From positions 11,889 through 75,888 of the forward strand of contig JANQEL010000277.1 in assembly GCA_028278345.1 (NCBI GenBank): a stretch of DNA of 64,000 bases. The letters run 5' to 3'. The DNA comes from Myxococcota bacterium. Lineage in GTDB: Bacteria; Myxococcota_A; UBA9160; UBA4427. The notes under the pieces are model-generated. The model ran no database searches. It had not been told where the DNA came from and saw nothing but the letters and a program-made list of their open reading frames with translations. Position 1 is the stretch's first letter. Each line of letters opens with the position of its first letter. This document shows positions 7,789 through 16,189 of the stretch, in pieces. The translations under genes and the position numbers were made by a program.

Positions 7789-8088
7789 TCAGTCGTCGTT
7801 CTTCCGCAGCTCCCTGAACGCATCAACTGCCTCCTCGAATCGCCCCTCGCCGAGCGCCCGCAGGAACCGGGACGCGTCCCCGGACAGCACACGATCGCCC
7901 GCTTCGATGGGTGCGGTGTACTGCTTGTGGCGCTTGCCGTCCTTCCACGCCTCGTCGTTCTCGTTCAGGTATCGGGCGCCCTCTTCCGAGAGCTGGCCGG
8001 CGATCGACCAATCGTCGATCTGCTTTCCAGCCTCGGTGCCTGCGCAGCCGAGTGCCGTCACTGCAACTGCGATCGCGACGAATCTCAT
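7789..8088 (-). CDS. small lipoprotein, function unknown
   Basis: Lipobox in MRFVAIAVAVTALGCAG. Last gene of the minus-strand late operon. Confidence 0.5.
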   Translation of the reverse strand: MRFVAIAVAVTALGCAGTEAGKQIDDWSIAGQLSEEGARYLNENDEAWKDGKRHKQYTAPIEAGDRVLSGDASRFLRALGEGRFEEAVDAFRELRKNDD

Positions 8089-8091
8089 GAC

Positions 8092-8532
8092 CTACCCCCT
8101 TCCTTCGGTGATCTCGATCTGCGGGTTCCGCTCGCGCAGATCCATGAGGTACGCATCGATCGCGCGCATCGTGAGAAGCGAGTGGGACACGCCCAGCGTC
8201 CCCTGGATCATTCGAATCGACGAGCCGGGGCCGATGCAACCGCGAAGCTGGTGCGCCCAGTTCGCGACATGGAGCAGGCACGTCGACCGAGCAGACACCC
8301 CGTCATCGAAATGCGCGACCCCGTCACCCACGAGCGCCCACGAGTGTGGGTACGCCTCAGAGTGATGGGGCTCGAGGTCGTACACCCCTGGCGGGAGGCA
8401 GGAGACGGACGGGCGGTTGTAGACCCAGGGCGGCTCGACGGTGACGAACCCACCCTGCCGGCCCGTGAGAAGGAGCCGACCCCAGGTGGCGTCGGGATCG
8501 AAACCGAAGCGTTCGACGCGGAGGGCGATCAC
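8092..8532 (-). CDS. DUF5675-like phage protein (possible cell-wall-active enzyme)
   Basis: Pattern TWGRLLL...SCLPPGVYDL...LLHVANW...RGCIGPG resembles the DUF5675 family. GTG start at 8532 chosen because it forms a GTGA overlap with the upstream stop (8529-8531). Confidence 0.6.
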   Translation of the reverse strand: MIALRVERFGFDPDATWGRLLLTGRQGGFVTVEPPWVYNRPSVSCLPPGVYDLEPHHSEAYPHSWALVGDGVAHFDDGVSARSTCLLHVANWAHQLRGCIGPGSSIRMIQGTLGVSHSLLTMRAIDAYLMDLRERNPQIEITEGRG

Positions 8533-8861
8533 GAGCGGCGCCTCCGTAGGATCAGCGCCAAGAGCATCACGACGCAGACCGCGAGGGACCACGGCGTGCC
8601 CGGCTCGGGGACCATCGTCACGTCGCGAACCGGGGGAGTCCAGTTCGAGGTGTGCCCACGGATGTCGAGCTGCTCGAGCTGGTGATCGATCTCGGTTCCC
8701 GGTGGCGCGTCGACGACCACGCGGTAGGCAACCACCGGGCCGAGATCGTACACGTGAAGGATCTCGAGGAGCTCACCGGTTTCAGCGGCGAATGCCCGGA
8801 TGTCCGTCGCGTGGCGCCAGTCGTCCAGGCCGACCAGGTACTGACTGGTCTCCTCAGGCAC
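8529..8861 (-). CDS. hypothetical tail-anchored protein with a PEP-CTERM-like C-terminus
   Basis: C-terminus VPEPGTPWSLAVCVVMLLALILRRRRS (PEP motif, TM helix, Arg cluster). No N-terminal signal peptide. Confidence 0.45.
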   Translation of the reverse strand: MPEETSQYLVGLDDWRHATDIRAFAAETGELLEILHVYDLGPVVAYRVVVDAPPGTEIDHQLEQLDIRGHTSNWTPPVRDVTMVPEPGTPWSLAVCVVMLLALILRRRRS

Positions 8862-8864
8862 CGG

Positions 8865-9200
8865 CTACTCGTCGGGCGGCGGATCGGGCTGCGGCTGGGC
8901 CGGCACGTTGATCACAATCGGCTGTGGATCGGTGGGCCGAATGGCCTGGCCGACGAAGCCCGGAGCAAACGCCGCGCCAATGTTCAACGAGGTGTCGAGC
9001 ACCTTCGACACGAACTTCTCCCCGGGAACGCTGAGTCCCTCCGACTCGCTCTTCCCCACCGAATTGTCGATCGTCCCGTCCCCGATGCTGATCGAGTGAG
9101 TGAAGACCTTGTTCTCGTAGTCATGCTTTGCCATCGCCTGACAGCCGAGGCTAACCAGCGCCACGAGCGCCAGCGTGATGAGCGTTTTCGTTCCGTGCAT
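8865..9200 (-). CDS. lipoprotein, o-spanin candidate
   Basis: Internal ATG gives MHGTKTLITLALVALVSLGC with a lipobox. Lies immediately downstream of a TM/coiled-coil protein. Confidence 0.45.
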   Translation of the reverse strand: MHGTKTLITLALVALVSLGCQAMAKHDYENKVFTHSISIGDGTIDNSVGKSESEGLSVPGEKFVSKVLDTSLNIGAAFAPGFVGQAIRPTDPQPIVINVPAQPQPDPPPDE

Positions 9201-9204
9201 GGTG

Positions 9205-9447
9205 TTACCCCCCTGGGCGCGTATCGCGCTTGAGACCTTCGATTGCGACTCTGATCTTCGAGATGTCCCGCTGCGTCGCCTTGTAGTCGGCGCGCATCTC
9301 ATCGATCGCCTTCTCGTGAACTTCGATCTTGTCGACAACGCGACCCCAGGTCATTGCGACCGAGAGCGCGGCGATTGCGATCGTCACTCCCACGGCCAGC
9401 ATCGCGGTGTTCATGACGCCGTTCCTCTGGCCCGCCATCGCCCCCAT
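9205..9447 (-). CDS. N-terminal TM plus coiled-coil protein, i-spanin candidate
   Basis: Start at 9447 (ATGA overlap with the upstream stop). TM segment AMLAVGVTIAIAALSVAM followed by a charged helical segment. Confidence 0.45.
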   Translation of the reverse strand: MGAMAGQRNGVMNTAMLAVGVTIAIAALSVAMTWGRVVDKIEVHEKAIDEMRADYKATQRDISKIRVAIEGLKRDTRPGG

Positions 9448-9752
9448 CAGCCGAGGCCCATCCCGCGGACCCACCACGGAACGCTACGCCCGTTCGGGTG
9501 CTTCTCTGTGGGCTGCATGTACTCGTGGGCCATGCTGCGCGCGAAGGACCCGATCCCGTTCAGGAAGCCCAGCGCGATGAACGGGAGGAAGTCGGCGAGC
9601 GGCCGAAGCAACTCCGGCAACGATGGAGCGATCGCGTTGCCGAGGACTTCCAGCACGGATCCCCAGCCAATGACCTTCGCTGTCGTCTTCAGGTGCGACT
9701 GCGGCTCGCGCGTCGTCGGGGCCATCTGTTCTGCCATCGATCTTTCCTCCAT
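9447..9752 (-). CDS. small membrane protein, holin candidate
   Basis: Start MEERSM at 9752 (ATGA overlap with the upstream stop). Hydrophobic segments VIGWGSVLEVLGNAIA and LADFLPFIALGFLNGIGSFA. Confidence 0.4.
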   Translation of the reverse strand: MEERSMAEQMAPTTREPQSHLKTTAKVIGWGSVLEVLGNAIAPSLPELLRPLADFLPFIALGFLNGIGSFARSMAHEYMQPTEKHPNGRSVPWWVRGMGLG

Positions 9753-12103
9753 CAGTTGATTGAACTGCCGCCGCCGAGCACGGCCCCGCCCAGGATCTTG
9801 AACGTCGCCGAGGTCGCGGCCACCGGTGTGCAGGGACCTCCCTCGTAGCGGATCTGCGCGGGCAGCTTCGAATACGAGGGGCTCCCACCGTTGTAGTCGT
9901 CGGCTGGTGCGCCCATCCCCGCATGGAACGGACCCGACTCCTGGCACCACCACGAAGGCGAGAACGCAGCATCGAGTTCGACCTGTCGGTCGTACCCGAT
10001 CGAGGTGGGCCAGGCGGTGGACCACCCCGCATCCGCCCCGCTGTCGACCTGGTCGCCCTCCAGGTAGTCGGTCAGCGTGCTCGTGGGATTGCCGCCACCC
10101 GTCGTCTCGAAATCGTCGAGCAGCGTCTCTCCGTAGACGATGTTCCGCTCCCAGTGGTCTTCCCAGCCATTGAACGGGACCTCTGAACCGGGGTTGGAGC
10201 AGTCGCGGCTTTGGTCGTCATCGTTGTCGCACCAGTCGAGACCGTTGCCGTCGTTCCGAATCGAGCTGAAGAAGTTCCCGATCCAGTTCCGAAACTGGTT
10301 CGCGTGCCCCTGAAGGTCCGTGCCGCCGACACAAATCCCCCCGCTATCGCACTGCGTCGAGATCGTCGTCGTCTGCGCAGGCGGAGGAACGCCGCGGTTG
10401 AACGCATACGTGATGTACGGCCCAGAGCCCCGCCCTTGGATCGCACCCTCCATCGGCACGATTCCGGCCTCGAGATGATTGCGCTCGTAGAGGCCGCCAG
10501 CGTTCGGGCCACCGTGCGTAAACAGCCCGCGGGACACCGACACGCCAGACCCCGTGTAGTGCTCATACAGCCCGTAGACGGCGGACTCGTATCCGCCGTG
10601 CTGGGTGATGAAGGAGACCCGGCAATCGATGCAGCTCCCGTTGATCCACTGGCTCTCGCTCGACTGCCCGGCGAACTTCACAGCAGCGATGTCGTAGTTC
10701 TTGAGCAGCGTGCCGACGTTGTTCGTCGATGGCGACGTGACTGTCACCGGGTCGCCGTTGAGATCCGACCCGTCCGAGTGGTAGCGGAGCGTCATGTCGA
10801 CCGAGGAATCCGGCGTCCCATCCGCGGAGTCGCAGTCGAACACGGTGTCGCGAAGGATCGGCTCGTCGAAGTCTGGCGGGAAGTAGACGAGCGGTTCCAG
10901 GCCGCCGCAGAGGACGTACGGAGCACAGTCGGCTCCGTCGACATTGATCTGGAGCGGCGTCGTGTCCTCGGTGATCGAGTTGACCGTGATGACACAGCGC
11001 GCAGCGAAGAACGGCCCCTCAATGTCGACGTTCTTCATCAGGAACCGGCTCGTCGCTGAATTCTGGCTGGAGTTGTCCTCGACCGCGGTGTTCCCCCACG
11101 CCAGGATCTTCACGTCCTCGAGCCAACACTCGTGGCAGCCGTAGACCTCCCAGGCGGAGAACGACTTCTTCACCATGTAGGGTTCGGCGTGTTCGATCGT
11201 GAGATTTTCCCACCCGATGTGCATCGGCACGTTGTCATCGTCGATCGTCCCGCCGCCGATGCGCTCGACGTGTCGAAGCGTGTGGCCGGTAATCGGGGAC
11301 GAAACCAGTTCGAGTCCGGTGCCCTCCATCTGGAAAGGATTCTCGCGGTCCACCTTGATTCGGTTGTTCACGGTGAGGAGATCGGTACAGGCGGTGGGCC
11401 CTTGCAGCGTCCCGTCGTGCCAGCGGGCGCACTCGACCTCGACGAAGCGTCGCCAGTTCGCGCTGCCGTCATTCCACTGGTTCACTTCCTGTTCGATCAG
11501 ATCGCCGACATAGACCTCCGTGATCTGGTTTCCCGTTGACCCGTCGGTGCCGACGATCGTGTCGCCCTTGGCAAAGCCGTGCGACCATACCCACGAGTCG
11601 ATGGTCGTCGGAGAAGTACTCCCCACCTGCCAGAGAATGTTCGGGAAGCCCTCGACGTCGGCAGGGAGGCCGGCTGGATCGACCAAGATCCGGGTCAACC
11701 CGTCCGCGTTACCCCGCACGACCAGCTTGTCTATGCTGTTCGAGATCGTGTCGATCGTGGAGGTCCCGGTCACCGTCATGGTGCAGTTCGTGGCATCCAC
11801 ATAGATCACGGTCGGATCGCTCGACGAGGTGATGGCCCCGATGGCCGACTCGAGCGCAGACCACGAGCACGACACGTCGACTGGTGTCCACCCAGAGGTA
11901 TCGAGCGGCAGGTAGGTATCGAGCATCACCGGCCGGTAGATACGACCCTGCAGGTCGGTGCCGGCGCCGCCCGCCCCCCAGTGCGAGTTCGCGAGCGTCA
12001 CTCCCTGCGCCCGGGCCGAGTCGCAGAAGAGCGCGAGACCCAGGATCGCCGGCAGCCCGAGGACGATCGCGGAGCGCCATTTCGAGGGGAGGCGTTCGAG
12101 CAT
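9752..12103 (-). CDS. secreted-type beta-helix-like protein (tail spike or depolymerase-like)
   Basis: Start at 12103 (MLERLPSKWRSAIVLGLPAILGLALFCDSARA-QG), which looks like a Sec signal peptide with an AXA site. ATGA overlap with the upstream gene. Large Gly/Thr/Asp-rich body. Confidence 0.65.
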   Translation of the reverse strand: MLERLPSKWRSAIVLGLPAILGLALFCDSARAQGVTLANSHWGAGGAGTDLQGRIYRPVMLDTYLPLDTSGWTPVDVSCSWSALESAIGAITSSSDPTVIYVDATNCTMTVTGTSTIDTISNSIDKLVVRGNADGLTRILVDPAGLPADVEGFPNILWQVGSTSPTTIDSWVWSHGFAKGDTIVGTDGSTGNQITEVYVGDLIEQEVNQWNDGSANWRRFVEVECARWHDGTLQGPTACTDLLTVNNRIKVDRENPFQMEGTGLELVSSPITGHTLRHVERIGGGTIDDDNVPMHIGWENLTIEHAEPYMVKKSFSAWEVYGCHECWLEDVKILAWGNTAVEDNSSQNSATSRFLMKNVDIEGPFFAARCVITVNSITEDTTPLQINVDGADCAPYVLCGGLEPLVYFPPDFDEPILRDTVFDCDSADGTPDSSVDMTLRYHSDGSDLNGDPVTVTSPSTNNVGTLLKNYDIAAVKFAGQSSESQWINGSCIDCRVSFITQHGGYESAVYGLYEHYTGSGVSVSRGLFTHGGPNAGGLYERNHLEAGIVPMEGAIQGRGSGPYITYAFNRGVPPPAQTTTISTQCDSGGICVGGTDLQGHANQFRNWIGNFFSSIRNDGNGLDWCDNDDDQSRDCSNPGSEVPFNGWEDHWERNIVYGETLLDDFETTGGGNPTSTLTDYLEGDQVDSGADAGWSTAWPTSIGYDRQVELDAAFSPSWWCQESGPFHAGMGAPADDYNGGSPSYSKLPAQIRYEGGPCTPVAATSATFKILGGAVLGGGSSIN

Positions 12104-15100
12104 CAGTGCCACAGCGTGTCGCCGCAGATCGAGTTCGCCCCCACTGCGCCGGTAGTGGAGCAACCAAGCCCGCCGGCCGTGGTGCCGTGTCGCAGGTAGG
12201 GGCCCTCGCCGCACGTGCCAGTCCCGGCGCCGGTGCAGCAGGCCCACGGATCGGCTGAGGCAACGCACTCGGAATCCGCACCCGAGGTCCGGCGACCGAT
12301 GTTGCCGAACGCCGAGACGTAGTCGGTGCGGCCGGTGGTCAGGAGCAGGTCTTCGCCGGTCCCGAGCCCGCTCGCGATGTTCTTGCTCACCACGGCGTCG
12401 ATCGTGTCGTCGAGGCTGATCGCGTCCACGTTCACCCCGCCAGCGAGGTCGATCGTATTGCCTGAGATTGTCACGATCTGGACGTCGCCGGTGCTCGTAG
12501 ACAGGGTTTTGATCCCGTCACCCGTATTGCGGAGGTCGTTGTCCCTGATACGGAACACCTCTCGGGTGGTGCCCGTTGTGACACGTGCGTCGATGCCGGA
12601 GATCGTGTAGTCGGCGATCTCGTTGTCGACGATCTTGACGTCTCCGATGTTCTGGACTTGGATGCCGCGACCGCCGGTGCCCTGGCCGTCCAGGTTGTTC
12701 TCGATGATCCGCGCGCCGGTTGCGTTCGAAGTGGCGTAGATCCCGGGCGACTCAGCGTCGATGTTGTTCTTCTCGATCCTGCAGGCAGGCGTGTCGCAGC
12801 GAATCCCGTAGTTTCGGGCGTTCGCTGACTGCTCCATCAGAACCGTGTTCTCGGCGATGCGAACGTTCTTCATGCTCTGGGTGATCTCAATCCCCTCGGC
12901 ATTGAACGAGCTGCTATCGATTCGAATGCTGTTCTCGATGATGTTCAGGAACCCCTCGTCGTCAGCGTGCGGCGCCGCAGGCGATCCGGTTGATGCGATC
13001 CCAATCACGGGGTCCGGATTCGTTGCACTGCCCAGGCACTCGAGCGTGTTGCCTTCGATGGTCGCCGTCATCGAAGTATTGCTTCCGCCCTGGGTGTTGT
13101 AGGGGTAGACGCCGATGCACCCGCGACGGAAGTCCGCGACATCGTTTCCGATCGCCTTCGCGTGCCGCGCGCGGAGGTTGATTCCCCACCGGTCCTGGCT
13201 GGTCTCGATCGGCCGGATGTGGTTGCCGTCGATCACGACGATCTCCGTGTCGTCGCCGTCGACGTTCAACTCCCCTCTGAGTACGTTGTTTCGAACGGCG
13301 ACGTTCCGGATCGGTCCGCCGAGGCCGCGAACGTCCACCGAGCGGCACTCGTCTACGCCAACCTCGTCGCAGAAGCCCGCGCGTGGCGTGTGTACGACGA
13401 CGTTGTCGGTAATCGAAACGCCGTCGATGTAGGTCCCCTGCAGACCAGTCGCATTCGTCTGGACGTAGATCCCTGTCTGCCAGTGCCCGCGGAAGATGTT
13501 CCCCGAGATCTCGAGACCCGAGATCCGGCGGTTCGTCGCGCCCGGGTCGACGTCGATTGCCGTGAATGCGCCGGTCGCAAGGGCGGTGGCGCTGCCGGTC
13601 CCCGCGGTATCATGGTCGTTCGGGTTCGCGTAGTCGAACAGGTTGTTCTGGATCTTGATCCCAACGCCCGAGTAGATCGCGACCGCGCCGTGGGCCGCGC
13701 TCCCGAAGACGTTGTTCTCGATGACCAGCTGGCCCTCGGCGATCTTGCCGTCGAGCGCCTCGTCGCCGGCCAGCGGAAAGTGGTTGTGGTGGATGTGCGT
13801 GATGCCGCCCGAATGACGCAGCGACATGTGGTGGATCTCTTCGGAACCGCTGACGAGCGGGTTTCCACTCGTCTGCATATGGGCGTATGGGTCGTCGTCC
13901 ATCCACGTGAAGCCCGCGATCTCGAGGTAGAACTCGGGATGGATCTTGTGGATGATGCACTCGTTCGGGGTCGCCGACCAAGTTCCCAGCGCAGACCCGT
14001 CGACCGCGACGCCCTCGATGTCATGAAGGTCACACGTGAACGGCGAGCCCGTGGTGCACGCCTGGACCGTGAACGTCTTTTCGTTGACTTCGGTGTTCCC
14101 AGAGCAATTGCGGATAAAGACCGTGTCACCGGTGCGCAGACCCGTATCAGCGTCGAACGTGATGACGGGCGGCGTGGCGTTCGAGAACGCAGTCACGTCC
14201 TCATCGCCCGGCGCGATGCCCAGTACATTCGCGCCGAGCTGTTGCTGGTTCGCGTTGTCGGTCCACTCGTCGGTCGAAGCGAACTGATACCCACCCCCGC
14301 GAGCTCGCGGGAGAATCACCGACCGGCCAGGACCCGCTCCGATCAGCCGAATCCCGCGCGGACACTCCCCCGCGTCGACATGAATCGCTGAGTAGCCGGC
14401 CGACGTCACGTCTGCGCCCACGCGAAAGTTCCCCGTTGGCGCGAAGACCACGTCGTACCCGTTTGCACACGCATAGGTGATCGCTGCGTTGATCGTCGGT
14501 GCGGCATCGATCGAACTCGCATGGACCGCGGATTGCGTGCTGCCGTTGCCGTCCGTCCCGTCATAGGGGTCGCCGGTATCGATCACACCACTCGCGATGC
14601 CGGCCGGGACCGAAAGCCCCGAACCCGGCGGCGGATCCATGACGTTCAACACCGTGAGCGGGCTGCCCCCGCGCGTCATGCACGCTTCAGGGATGCGACC
14701 GTCGGCGCTGATGGTGCAGACAGTCGACTGGGTGAGACCCGAGTCGGGCACCTTGAGCGTGAAGGTGTTCGATCCGTCGTCGGCCCCTTCCGATAGCTGC
14801 AGGGTCGACCCGTCGGTCGCGTGTGGCGTGGTCGTGATGCCAGCACCGGCGACGTTCAGCGTGAGTTCGCCCGTGTCTTCGTCGAAGAAGAACGGCGCGC
14901 TCGAGTCCGTACCCCCGATCGCGAAGTCGTCGGTCTGGCCCGTCAGGTGCGTCACGGTGCCGGCGTCGGTGGTGGAGAGTTCGGAGTCGCGGGCGATCGC
15001 AGGGTCGATGGCCGACTCGCTGAGCGTGCCGTCGGCCAGGTCGTCGAGGTCGGCGTCCGCGGGCTGGGCGCCAATCGCAGTCAGCGCCTCGGCCGGGGTG

Positions 15101-15486
15101 CTGTACTCGACATCGGTCGTCGCGGTGGCAACGCGCACGAAGTCGCCGGCGCCGGGCGTATCCGCGCCGTCATCGAGCTCCGAGGTGCCAACCGTGTCTG
15201 TCCCGAGGCCTCCACCGCCACCGGATCCGACCGCGACCCAGGCCGAGCCGTTCCACTTGCAGATAGTGAGTCCTGTGTACGACGTACCTGTGCCGACGGT
15301 GCAGTCGTCCTGGTCGACGGCGTCGGTCACGACGTACGTGAACACGTTCGTCGGGGATCCCGGCAGAGCGGAGATCACGATTCGCGGAGGGCCGCTGAAC
15401 TCGATCCTCGAGGCCTGCGCGGCACCAGAAACGAAAAAGGCCGCCCAAAGGGCGGCCACGATCGGCAAGCACTGTCTGAGTTTCAT
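12103..15486 (-). CDS. parallel beta-helix repeat protein with a tail-fibre-like N-terminal region and a Sec-type signal peptide
   Basis: N-terminus MKLRQCLPIVAALWAAFFVSGAAQA-S. More than 12 PbH1-like repeats (IENNVF, IQNNLF, ISGNIF, ITDNVV, VRNNVL, IDGNHI, IEGNTL, IAENTV, IEKNNI, IIENNL, IVDNEI, IRDNDL, ISGNTI). Cys-rich C-terminus. Confidence 0.7.
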   Translation of the reverse strand: MKLRQCLPIVAALWAAFFVSGAAQASRIEFSGPPRIVISALPGSPTNVFTYVVTDAVDQDDCTVGTGTSYTGLTICKWNGSAWVAVGSGGGGGLGTDTVGTSELDDGADTPGAGDFVRVATATTDVEYSTPAEALTAIGAQPADADLDDLADGTLSESAIDPAIARDSELSTTDAGTVTHLTGQTDDFAIGGTDSSAPFFFDEDTGELTLNVAGAGITTTPHATDGSTLQLSEGADDGSNTFTLKVPDSGLTQSTVCTISADGRIPEACMTRGGSPLTVLNVMDPPPGSGLSVPAGIASGVIDTGDPYDGTDGNGSTQSAVHASSIDAAPTINAAITYACANGYDVVFAPTGNFRVGADVTSAGYSAIHVDAGECPRGIRLIGAGPGRSVILPRARGGGYQFASTDEWTDNANQQQLGANVLGIAPGDEDVTAFSNATPPVITFDADTGLRTGDTVFIRNCSGNTEVNEKTFTVQACTTGSPFTCDLHDIEGVAVDGSALGTWSATPNECIIHKIHPEFYLEIAGFTWMDDDPYAHMQTSGNPLVSGSEEIHHMSLRHSGGITHIHHNHFPLAGDEALDGKIAEGQLVIENNVFGSAAHGAVAIYSGVGIKIQNNLFDYANPNDHDTAGTGSATALATGAFTAIDVDPGATNRRISGLEISGNIFRGHWQTGIYVQTNATGLQGTYIDGVSITDNVVVHTPRAGFCDEVGVDECRSVDVRGLGGPIRNVAVRNNVLRGELNVDGDDTEIVVIDGNHIRPIETSQDRWGINLRARHAKAIGNDVADFRRGCIGVYPYNTQGGSNTSMTATIEGNTLECLGSATNPDPVIGIASTGSPAAPHADDEGFLNIIENSIRIDSSSFNAEGIEITQSMKNVRIAENTVLMEQSANARNYGIRCDTPACRIEKNNIDAESPGIYATSNATGARIIENNLDGQGTGGRGIQVQNIGDVKIVDNEIADYTISGIDARVTTGTTREVFRIRDNDLRNTGDGIKTLSTSTGDVQIVTISGNTIDLAGGVNVDAISLDDTIDAVVSKNIASGLGTGEDLLLTTGRTDYVSAFGNIGRRTSGADSECVASADPWACCTGAGTGTCGEGPYLRHGTTAGGLGCSTTGAVGANSICGDTLWH

Positions 15487-15497
15487 GGATCTCCTCG

Positions 15498-15818
15498 CTA
15501 CTTCTGCCTCTGCGGGGCGACTTCAATCCCCGCGACGGAATCGAATGAAAAGTGGGTGAGCCCGGTGGGGTCGTTGAACCGTCCCGGGTCGAATGGACCG
15601 AGACGCTCCAATCCTCCAGCCTCGATCGTCTCGACCTGGTCGTCGAGAAAGCCGTGCGTGCACTTGTGCACGGCGGCCACGGTGATCTCCACGTCGCTCT
15701 CCGTCGGATTAAACACGTGGAGCTCGGTGGCTCCGTCGTTCTTGAACGAGTCGCCGCCCGCTTCGGGAGGCACACCGACCACGTCGGCCGTTCGCGCGAG
15801 TACCGTCAGTTCAGCCAT
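15498..15818 (-). CDS. hypothetical phage protein, paralog of 25614..25979
   Basis: Shares AGGD.F.N.G ... C..GF ... RFND..G ... AG(I/L).VA with the 25614..25979 product. Confidence 0.55.
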   Translation of the reverse strand: MAELTVLARTADVVGVPPEAGGDSFKNDGATELHVFNPTESDVEITVAAVHKCTHGFLDDQVETIEAGGLERLGPFDPGRFNDPTGLTHFSFDSVAGIEVAPQRQK

Positions 15819-16189
15819 TCGACCGTTGCCTCATCGTCCTTCGGGCCCGTGATTTCGGGGATCAGCTGCCGCTTCGGCTTGAGGGGGCGCTGCATCTTCC
15901 AGAGCGGTGTTCCGTCGTGGAAGTAGAAGTCGCCGTCTCGGAACGAGACGCGATTTCGATAGAAAGCCGCGGCGTTCAGTTTCGCTGGGGGAACCGGGAG
16001 CACGTACACCGCTGGCGCCAGTTGCCTATACGGCCGATCCGAGGAGCCGTCTCCCACCGTCAGTCGGCGATCGGCAGCCTTCGAATGCGCATCGACCTGC
16101 ACGATCTGCCCGCGGTAGACGAAGAACGCAACGCCGATCCACTCCACCACGCTTGGCTCGAAACGAGGGGCCCTCAGGCTACGGAACAT
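15806..16189 (-). CDS. hypothetical phage protein; start uncertain
   Basis: ORF track 15806..16228, trimmed to the internal ATG (MFRSL) to limit overlap with the upstream gene. Confidence 0.4.
   Translation of the reverse strand: MFRSLRAPRFEPSVVEWIGVAFFVYRGQIVQVDAHSKAADRRLTVGDGSSDRPYRQLAPAVYVLPVPPAKLNAAAFYRNRVSFRDGDFYFHDGTPLWKMQRPLKPKRQLIPEITGPKDDEATVEWLN

Noticed and set aside
12962-15852. Several long ORFs (13162..14391, 14597..15559, 14821..15852, 13353..14129) inside the beta-helix gene
   Set aside because: These are antisense or off-frame translations with low-complexity Arg/Ser/Pro composition. The 12103..15486 frame has regular PbH1 repeats.
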